This document shows positions 57,207 through 64,000 of a stretch of DNA of 64,000 nt, piece by piece. The position numbers and the translations under genes were made by a program. The number at the start of each line of letters is the position of its first letter. The stretch's first letter is position 1. The notes beneath the pieces were generated by a model. That model had not been told where the DNA came from. It worked only from the letters and a program-made list of their open reading frames with translations, and did not search any database. The stretch is from an uncultured Alphaproteobacteria bacterium (GTDB taxonomy: Bacteria > Pseudomonadota > Alphaproteobacteria > Rhizobiales > Xanthobacteraceae): contig CAVXWL010000036.1 in NCBI GenBank assembly GCA_963765365.1, positions 18,502 through 82,501 of the forward strand, read 5' to 3'.

Positions 57207-58538
57207 ATGTCGTCCTCCCGCCAACTCCATCTCGGCGCCTTTATGCGGCCGGCGTCCATCCACACCGGCGCCTGGCGCTATCCGGGCGCCTGGCCGGACA
57301 TGAATTTCAATCTGGCTCACACCAAGGAAGCGATCCAGAAACTGGAGAGAGCGAAGTTCGACGCGTTTTTCATGGCCGACCACATGGCCGTGCTCAATAT
57401 GCCGATGGATGCGCTCAAGCGCAGCCACACGTCGACCTCGTTCGAGCCATTCACGCTGTTGTCGGCGCTATCGCAGGTGACCGAGCGTATCGGGCTGGTC
57501 GCCACCGGCTCGACGACTTTCGACGCGCCCTATCACATCGCACGGCGCTTTGCCTCGCTCGATTATTTGTCGGGCGGCCGCGCCGGCTGGAACATCGTCA
57601 CCACCTCCAATCCGGATGCCGCGCTCAATTTCGGCATGGAAGATCATATGGAGCACGGCGAGCGCTATCGCCGCGCGCGCGAGTTCTATGACGTGGTGAC
57701 CGGGCTGTGGGACAGCTGGGCCGACGATGCGTTCATCCGCGACGTCGAGGACGGCATCTTTTTCGATCCGGCAAAGATGCATGTGCTCGACCACAAGGGC
57801 AAATATCTCTCCGTGCGCGGCCCGCTCAACATCGCGCGGCCGATCCAGGGCTGGCCGGTGATCGTGCAGGCCGGTGCTTCGGAATCCGGGAGGCAGCTTG
57901 CGGCGGAAACTGCGGAAGCCGTCTTCACCGCGCAGAGCGACCTTGCGGTCGGCCGCAAATTCTATGCCGACGTCAAAGGCCGCATGGAAAAGCTCGGGCG
58001 CTCACGCGAGCACATGAAGATTTTGCCGGCGTGCTTTGTCGTGGTCGGCGACACCGTGGAGGAGGCGAAGGCGAAACGCGCCAAGCTCGACAGCCTGGTT
58101 GATTACGCCAATGCGATCGCGTCTCTGTCGATCGCGCTCGGCCACGACGCCTCGAAATTCGATCCGGATGCGCTATTGCCCGACAACATTCCGGAGAGCA
58201 ACGCTTCGAAAAGCGGTCGCGAGCGCGCTATCGCGCTTGGCAAGCGCGAGAACCTGACGGTTCGCGAGCTCGCGCAACGGCTCGGCGGCTATTCCGGACT
58301 CGCCATGGTCGGCACGGCGCAAACGATTGCCGACGAGATGGAGGAATGGCTCGAGACCGAGGGCTCCGACGGCTTTACCGTGATGTTTCCCTATCTGCCG
58401 GGCGGGCTCGACGATTTTGCTGAGCGAGTCGTTCCGGAACTGCAGCGCCGCGGCCTGTTCCGGCGCGACTATGAAGGTACGACGCTGCGCGAGCATCTCG
58501 GTCTGCCACGGCCGAAGAACCGCTTTTTCGAGAATTAA
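57207..58538 (+). CDS. LLM-class flavin-dependent monooxygenase (NtaA/SnaA/DszA family)
   Basis: 443 aa; HLGAF....H.GAWR.P, GR.GWN.VTS, typical NtaA/DszA layout. Confidence 0.85.
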   Translation: MSSSRQLHLGAFMRPASIHTGAWRYPGAWPDMNFNLAHTKEAIQKLERAKFDAFFMADHMAVLNMPMDALKRSHTSTSFEPFTLLSALSQVTERIGLVATGSTTFDAPYHIARRFASLDYLSGGRAGWNIVTTSNPDAALNFGMEDHMEHGERYRRAREFYDVVTGLWDSWADDAFIRDVEDGIFFDPAKMHVLDHKGKYLSVRGPLNIARPIQGWPVIVQAGASESGRQLAAETAEAVFTAQSDLAVGRKFYADVKGRMEKLGRSREHMKILPACFVVVGDTVEEAKAKRAKLDSLVDYANAIASLSIALGHDASKFDPDALLPDNIPESNASKSGRERAIALGKRENLTVRELAQRLGGYSGLAMVGTAQTIADEMEEWLETEGSDGFTVMFPYLPGGLDDFAERVVPELQRRGLFRRDYEGTTLREHLGLPRPKNRFFEN

Positions 58539-58802
58539 GGCTCCTCACTTGTTTGCCGTCATCGGGATCGCGGGGCACCAGTTTTGCCGGCGCGGGTCGT
58601 CAGCCAAAGTCGCCACGAGAACATTGCCGAGCGGCGGCCCATTACGCATGGCAAAACATAAATAGCGCCTCGCCCGACCGAAACGCCGTGCGATTGGCGT
58701 AGCGCAGCGCGAGCGCGCGGGGTGAGCCGATCGCGGTTGATTGCAGACGATTCCTCCGTGCCCTAGAGTGGCGCGGCCGCAAAATCGGCTCGAGGAAACG
58801 CC

Positions 58803-60116
58803 ATGAGCGAGAAGGGGCTGCGCGCGTTTGCGCATGACCGGCCCGATCCGATCGAATCGGCAGGCGTCGACGAGTTGCGGGCCCTCCAGCTCGATCGGCT
58901 CAAGACGGCTGTCGCGCGCGCGGCAAGCGTGCCGCATTACCGGAGTAAGTTCGCTGCAGCCGGCATAGATCCGGGCGATGTGAAGAGCCTCGGCGATCTT
59001 GCGAGCTTTCCCTTCACCACCAAGGAAGATCTGCGGCAAAACTATCCGTTCGGCATGTTTGCGGTGCCGATGAGCGAGATCGTGCGCATTCATGCGTCGA
59101 GCGGTACCACCGGCAAGCCGACGGTCGTCGGCTATACGCGCGGCGACATCGATATGTGGGCGATGCTGATGGCGCGCTCGATCCGCGCCGCCGGCGGGCG
59201 GCCCGGCGACAAGATGCACGTTGCCTACGGCTATGGCCTGTTTACCGGCGGGCTCGGTTTTCATTACGGCGCCGAATATCTTGGTTGTGCCGTCATTCCC
59301 GTCAGCGGCGGCTTCACCGAGCGCCAGGTCCAGCTGATCGTAGATTTCAAGCCCGATATCATCGCGGTCACGCCGTCATATCTCCTGGCGATCGCCGACG
59401 AGTTCGACCGCCAGGGGATCGACGCGCGAAAATCGTCGCTGCGCATTGCGCTTCTCGGCGCCGAGCCGTGGACCGAAGGGATGCGCGCCGAGATCGAGCG
59501 GCGGATGGGTCTCGATGCGGTCAATGTCTACGGGCTGTCGGAGGTGATCGGTCCCGGCGTCGGCCAGGAATATGCCGATGCCAAGGACGGACTGACGGTC
59601 TGGGAGGATCATTTCTTTCCCGAGATCATCGATCCCGAGACCGGCAGAACGCTGCCCGACGGCGAGGAGGGCGAACTGGTCTTCACCTCGCTGACCAAGG
59701 AGGCCATGCCGGTCATCCGCTATCGCACGCGCGATCTGACGCGGCTTCTTCCCGGCAACGGCCGGGCGATGCGCCGGATCGAACGGATCAAAGGCCGCAG
59801 TGACGACATGCTGATCATCCGCGGCGTGAATGTTTTTCCGAGCCAGATCGAAGCGGCGCTCGCCGCCGAGCAAGCGTTCGCACCGCACTATCTCATCGAG
59901 GTGACGCGGCCCGAGCGGCTCGACGAGCTTGAAGTGATTGTCGAGACGCGCAATGTTCTGCCGCCGGACGCCATGGCGGTGCTGGCCGACCGCGGCGTGC
60001 ATCTCATCAAGGCGCGTGTCGGCGTGACAACGACGGTGCGTGCAGTCGAGCCCGGCACGATCGAGCGGTCGCAAGGCAAGGCCAAACGCGTCATCGACAA
60101 GCGGCCGCGAAACTGA
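58803..60116 (+). CDS. paaK: Phenylacetate-CoA ligase family protein
   Basis: FPFT.K.DLR..YPFG, HASSGTTGKPTVV, GYGLFTGGLG, RYRT.D, GRSDDM.I.RGVNVFP. Confidence 0.9.
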   Translation: MSEKGLRAFAHDRPDPIESAGVDELRALQLDRLKTAVARAASVPHYRSKFAAAGIDPGDVKSLGDLASFPFTTKEDLRQNYPFGMFAVPMSEIVRIHASSGTTGKPTVVGYTRGDIDMWAMLMARSIRAAGGRPGDKMHVAYGYGLFTGGLGFHYGAEYLGCAVIPVSGGFTERQVQLIVDFKPDIIAVTPSYLLAIADEFDRQGIDARKSSLRIALLGAEPWTEGMRAEIERRMGLDAVNVYGLSEVIGPGVGQEYADAKDGLTVWEDHFFPEIIDPETGRTLPDGEEGELVFTSLTKEAMPVIRYRTRDLTRLLPGNGRAMRRIERIKGRSDDMLIIRGVNVFPSQIEAALAAEQAFAPHYLIEVTRPERLDELEVIVETRNVLPPDAMAVLADRGVHLIKARVGVTTTVRAVEPGTIERSQGKAKRVIDKRPRN

Positions 60117-60145
60117 ACCGCAAATCTCAGCCACGAAATTGAACG

Positions 60146-61552
60146 ATGACCATCGCAGAAGACATATCGCCAGGGACTGTTTTCGACCGCGCCGGCCTGG
60201 CGCGCGAGACAATGGCGGCTTGGCACGCTTGCGATGGCGTCGTGGTGGGGGACTTTCGGCGCGACAGTGAAAATCTCTCGCGGCAATGGCGCATTGGCGC
60301 CGATCTTGTGTCCGGCTTGCCGGCCAAGCCGGCGCGCTCGGAAGGTGAAGCGGCCGCGGCCGCCGCGATCATGGAGCGCGACCGGGGCGCGCGCGTAAAA
60401 TTTCTCGATGCTCACGGCGAGGCGCTCTATCGCCGCCTGACCGACAATCTTGCGAAATTCGTCCGCGTCGAGGATTTGGTCCGCGCGGCCGCGGCAGTCG
60501 TGCCGGGACTGGTGCCGGACGGCGATACATTGGCGCGTGAAAACGGTCTGCCGCAACGCGACAAGGACGGCGCCGAGATCGATCAGGGGCTTCTTCTCTC
60601 CCACCTTCTCGCCAATCCCGCAGCCGGCATGCATTTGTGTCATGCCATGCTGTTGCCGCGTCCGGAGGCGGCCGAACAAGGCCGGCGCTTTGCCGAGCGT
60701 GGAAAAATTGCGTTTGACGGCGCGACGCTCGAACGCCACGGCAAGGCGGCACTCGTCACCATGCGCAATCCGCGATTTCTCAATGCAGAGGACGAAGCCA
60801 CGCTCGACGGTCTCGAAACCGCGATCGACGTCGCCACGCTCGATGCCGAAACCGATATCGCAGTATTGCGCGGCGACGTTGTCGAGCATTCGAAATATCG
60901 CGGCCGACGGCTGTTCTCTGCCGGCATCAACCTGACACACCTCTATCACGGCAAAATCGCTTACGTCTGGTACATCAAGCGCGACATGGGGCTCGTCAAT
61001 AAACTGTTTCGGGGCGTGGCGCGGCCGGATGCGAACCCGGACGAGATCGCCGGCGGTACAACTGAGAAACCGTGGATCGGCGTGGTCGAGGGTTTTGCTA
61101 TCGGCGGCGGCTGTCAGCTGCTGCTGGCGCTCGACTACGTGCTGGCGGCGAGCGACGCCTATATGACGCTTCCGGCGCGCAAGGAAGGCATCATCCCCGG
61201 TGCCGCCAATTTGCGGCTGTGGCGTTTCACCGGCGATCGCATTGCGCGCCAGGCAATCCTCTATGGCCGACGCCTCGATTGCGATACGCCCGAGGGGCGA
61301 TTGATCTGCGACGAGATCGCGCCGCCGGCGTCGATCGATGCGGCGCTTGATCAGGTGATCGACGGCTTCACCAGTTCCGGCGTCGTCAGCGCCGCCGGCA
61401 ATCGCCGCGCCATCCGCGTCGGCCAGGAGCCGCTCGATATGTTCCGCCGCTACATGGCCGTCTATGCCCGTGAGCAGGCTCAATGCCACTTCAGCCCGGC
61501 GCTGATCGCTAATCTCGAACGCAATTGGGACGCGCATAATCGCCGGGCCTGA
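60146..61552 (+). CDS. Crotonase-fold protein resembling DpgC ((3,5-dihydroxyphenyl)acetyl-CoA 1,2-dioxygenase)
   Basis: 468 aa with long N-terminal extension; RNPRFLNAEDE, FSAGINLTHLY.GKI, AIGGGCQLLL, LPARKEGIIPGAANLRL.RF.G.R.ARQAIL match my recollection of DpgC; needs an alignment. Confidence 0.6.
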   Translation: MTIAEDISPGTVFDRAGLARETMAAWHACDGVVVGDFRRDSENLSRQWRIGADLVSGLPAKPARSEGEAAAAAAIMERDRGARVKFLDAHGEALYRRLTDNLAKFVRVEDLVRAAAAVVPGLVPDGDTLARENGLPQRDKDGAEIDQGLLLSHLLANPAAGMHLCHAMLLPRPEAAEQGRRFAERGKIAFDGATLERHGKAALVTMRNPRFLNAEDEATLDGLETAIDVATLDAETDIAVLRGDVVEHSKYRGRRLFSAGINLTHLYHGKIAYVWYIKRDMGLVNKLFRGVARPDANPDEIAGGTTEKPWIGVVEGFAIGGGCQLLLALDYVLAASDAYMTLPARKEGIIPGAANLRLWRFTGDRIARQAILYGRRLDCDTPEGRLICDEIAPPASIDAALDQVIDGFTSSGVVSAAGNRRAIRVGQEPLDMFRRYMAVYAREQAQCHFSPALIANLERNWDAHNRRA

Positions 61553-61567
61553 TGCGACGGTCGTTGG

Positions 61568-62590
61568 CTAGCGCGCGGCAAAATTCATCTGGTCGAAGCG
61601 GCCCTTTTGCGCGTCGTCCAGTTTCATCTCGAAATTGGCCAGCGCCACCTGGATGGACAGCACCGAGCGCCAGGTTGCATCAAGCCGGGCCTCGATGGCA
61701 TCGAGACGTCCGACCGCAGTTGGCGGCACCGTCGTTGGGCAATGCGCTTCGAGATCGTCGGCGGCTTTGCCGAAGGCCTGCCTGACATCCGTCAGGGCCG
61801 GCCGTTGCGCGTCGGTCGGCTGCACCGATCGATCGATCTGGTCGATGGTCGAGTCGATTGCCACCGGTGAGCTGCCGCAGGCCGGCGCGATTGCGTCCGA
61901 CCGGTTCTCACGATCGGCATCCGGCGCGGTTGCCGCGACCGTCTCAAACTTGGCTTTCTGCTCGTCGCTGAGCGATTGCTCGAAATCCTGCAGCGGCTGA
62001 CGCGCGACGTCGACCGCCATGGTCAGCACCTCGATCTGGGATTCCATCAGCTGCAACCGGGCAACCGGCTGTGCGGGTATGTCCGTCGGGCATGCTTTGG
62101 CCAAGTAGCCGGACGATTCACCGAGCGCGCCGCCAAGCTTCTGCAGAAGCTGCATCTGATCCGCGGTTGGCGACACTTCCTTGGCGATACGCGCCACAAT
62201 TTCATTGGCATCGAGGCTTGGCCGGCACAGTTGCTGATCTTCGCTCGCCGGCACCTTGGCAAAGGCGGTCGAGAAGATGTGTTCATAGCCGAACGGCCAT
62301 AGCGACTGGGACTGGGCATCCGGAAAGAAGACGTTTTGGAAAATCACCGGCAGCGCGAGGGTTGGATAAAGCAATGCCGATGTCAGGCCGCGTGCCGACC
62401 CGGGATGCGCCAGATCATGACGGTTGGCCCGCATATAAAGCGGATGGTGATGGAAGCGAAAGTGCGGAAAATAGAGCGGAACGCCGATATGAAACGGCCC
62501 GATACGCAGCCCGAAGGCCGCGGCTGGCGGCGAAGCACAGACAATTGTGGCTAACGCCGCACTGGCGAGAAAAGCGCCGACCTTTCGCAT
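61568..62590 (-). CDS. Periplasmic Spy/CpxP-like (LTXXQ-type) protein with an internal duplication
   Basis: Signal peptide; two similar about 90-aa units each with C-P-T, ..RL.. and ..L.D.QK..F.. helices. Confidence 0.55.
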   Translation of the reverse strand: MRKVGAFLASAALATIVCASPPAAAFGLRIGPFHIGVPLYFPHFRFHHHPLYMRANRHDLAHPGSARGLTSALLYPTLALPVIFQNVFFPDAQSQSLWPFGYEHIFSTAFAKVPASEDQQLCRPSLDANEIVARIAKEVSPTADQMQLLQKLGGALGESSGYLAKACPTDIPAQPVARLQLMESQIEVLTMAVDVARQPLQDFEQSLSDEQKAKFETVAATAPDADRENRSDAIAPACGSSPVAIDSTIDQIDRSVQPTDAQRPALTDVRQAFGKAADDLEAHCPTTVPPTAVGRLDAIEARLDATWRSVLSIQVALANFEMKLDDAQKGRFDQMNFAAR

Positions 62591-62611
62591 GATCAGGCAC
62601 CCAAATGTTTA

Positions 62612-62659
62612 GAGCGTGATCCCGAAAAACGACTTCGCTTCTCGGATTAGATCACGCTC
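62612..62659. repeat. REP-like palindrome GAGCGTGATC..GATCACGCTC (variant of 56163-56209)
   Basis: 10-bp outer inverted repeat with CCGAAAA inner arm; intergenic between two minus-strand genes. Confidence 0.55.
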
Positions 62660-62670
62660 AACCACAGTTT

Positions 62671-63984
62671 TCAACGCGCAGTAGGCCCCAGCGGTTCCAT
62701 CCGCTCGTGAATCTCCACGGCATGACCTTGTGGCTTGGAGCCGAGGCGAAGAAACGGCACCAGCACGAAGGCGAAGGCCGTGAAAGCCGCCGACATTAAA
62801 ATGAGCGGCGGCAGCGACTTGTGGAAAACATGTGTGTAGAGAAACGACCCGATATTGTCGGCAAGCGTGGTCGAAAGATTGATGATCGACATCAAAATGG
62901 CGAAGGAAAATCCCTCCGCGCGGCGCGGGCAATAATCCGCCGCCAGCGTCACCGTCGCCACGGTCGCGAGCATGGCGGCGAAGCCGGCGCAGAAGCTGAT
63001 GACTGCCGCTACCGGCTCATTCCAGAAGAAAAGGAATGCCAGGGTCGCCACCGTGCCGATCGCGATGCTGAGATTGAGAATGTTCTTCATGGTCAGGCCG
63101 CCAAAGAAGCGGCGATAGCACAGCGCGCCGACCACCCAGCCGGCGGAACCGATCGAGCCCAGGATTCCGATATAGGCTTGCGAGAATTTCAGATCGTCGG
63201 TCATGTGATAGTAGAGCGGCGTGGTCATGCCGGGACTGAAATAATAGAGAAAAATGAAGCCGGCGACGATCCAGAGATGCCGCCGCTCGAAGGCCGCCAA
63301 CAAGCCGCGAAACGAATCTTTGAGACCGCGCACGTTGACGCGCGCCTTTTTCTCGGGGATCAGGAACATTGTGCCGCCGATGACGGCGACTGGCGCGCAG
63401 GCGACGATGGCGGCCGCGACATGGAGTGCTGCCGCGGGCGGCAGATGCTGCACCAGCTGGCCGCCCACGATCGCCGCCGTCATTGCGGCGATGTTGTACC
63501 AAAGCCATTGCTGATTGACGAACGCCGCGCTCTCGCTCAGCCGCTGGCCGTTTTCCACAAGGACCGCGCCACACAACGTACTCGATACGGCCATGGCGTA
63601 AGCGGTGAGCATGAGCGCGAAGGCAAGATCGGTCGGGGCGAGGAGCCTGGTCACCCAAAAATACCCGACGATGGCGGCCAGGTTGGCGAGGATCAGATAG
63701 CTTTTGCGCCGGTAGCCGAATAGCGGCACGAAATCCGAAACGATGCCGTATACCGGCTTGATGATCCACGGCAGATTGAACGCGGTGAAAAACGCCGTGA
63801 CCTGGACCGGCGTCCAGCCGTGAATTTCCTTGAGATAAAAAGTCAGCGGCTGCGAGACCAGGCCAACGATCTGGCCGAGGCCTTCGACGACATAAACCAG
63901 TCCGAAAAACAGCAAGAGCTGGCCGATATCGGCCTTGGGTTCCGGCGCCGCGGCGGCTGTTAAGGCGAGCGGCTCCTCGTTCAT
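62671..63984 (-). CDS. MFS transporter, folate-biopterin transporter (BT1) family
   Basis: 437 aa, 12 TM; N-terminal LPW..KP.YG..SD motif characteristic of BT1. Confidence 0.8.
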   Translation of the reverse strand: MNEEPLALTAAAAPEPKADIGQLLLFFGLVYVVEGLGQIVGLVSQPLTFYLKEIHGWTPVQVTAFFTAFNLPWIIKPVYGIVSDFVPLFGYRRKSYLILANLAAIVGYFWVTRLLAPTDLAFALMLTAYAMAVSSTLCGAVLVENGQRLSESAAFVNQQWLWYNIAAMTAAIVGGQLVQHLPPAAALHVAAAIVACAPVAVIGGTMFLIPEKKARVNVRGLKDSFRGLLAAFERRHLWIVAGFIFLYYFSPGMTTPLYYHMTDDLKFSQAYIGILGSIGSAGWVVGALCYRRFFGGLTMKNILNLSIAIGTVATLAFLFFWNEPVAAVISFCAGFAAMLATVATVTLAADYCPRRAEGFSFAILMSIINLSTTLADNIGSFLYTHVFHKSLPPLILMSAAFTAFAFVLVPFLRLGSKPQGHAVEIHERMEPLGPTAR

Positions 63985-64000
63985 CTCGTCGGCGCCTGGA

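Noticed and set aside
62641-62656. FixK-like half-site GATTAGATCAC
   Set aside because: It is part of the REP-like palindrome arm (GATCACGCTC), lacks TTGA/TCAA symmetry and lies outside the box-rich region.

Overview
High-GC alphaproteobacterial chromosome segment; the gene content looks Hyphomicrobiales/Bradyrhizobiaceae-like, which is an inference. About 65 genes were read by eye from the ORF track and the DNA. Layout: (1) 1-3.6 kb holds the tail of a NitT/TauT-type ABC importer, a cyanuric-acid/barbiturate-type ring-opening amidohydrolase, and a convergent CitE-like lyase plus MaoC hydratase pair. (2) 3.7-9.5 kb is housekeeping and signalling: SLT-like protein, DUF2336, Hpt plus receiver, NAD kinase, CutA, TPR protein. 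(3) 10-12 kb holds three decayed genes: an MBL-fold hydrolase, a porin stub and a dienelactone hydrolase. (4) 12.7-25.8 kb is an intact, tightly packed 11-gene minus-strand operon of unassigned function: HyuA/HyuB, two paralogous binding proteins, an ABC ATPase, two permeases, a cytoplasmic PhtD-like protein, two atypical M24-fold proteins and an MmgE/PrpD protein. (5) 26-50 kb looks lower in GC by eye. It encodes a FixK/Crp-Fnr regulator, a FixJ-like regulator, a receiver-only protein and a membrane histidine kinase. It also carries seven exact TTGA-N6-TCAA (FNR/FixK-type) boxes, all intergenic. These sit in front of PPK2, conserved hypotheticals, a DUF3300 protein, a fabI / DUF3141-pta-ackA cluster, pflB-pflA-transporter and small secreted proteins. 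(6) 50-64 kb holds a K+ channel, an L,D-transpeptidase, an AI-2E transporter, tRNA-Thr(UGU), a Sel1 protein, a siderophore-interacting protein, an LLM monooxygenase, a PaaK plus DpgC-like pair, an LTXXQ protein and a BT1 transporter. Fourteen reading-frame breaks, each repairable by removing one base, and one in-frame TAG fall in seven genes (five breaks plus the TAG in pflB). The remaining genes examined appear intact. I saw no rRNA, CRISPR array, transposase, integrase or recognisable defence system. All family calls are motif and pattern recognition without database searches.
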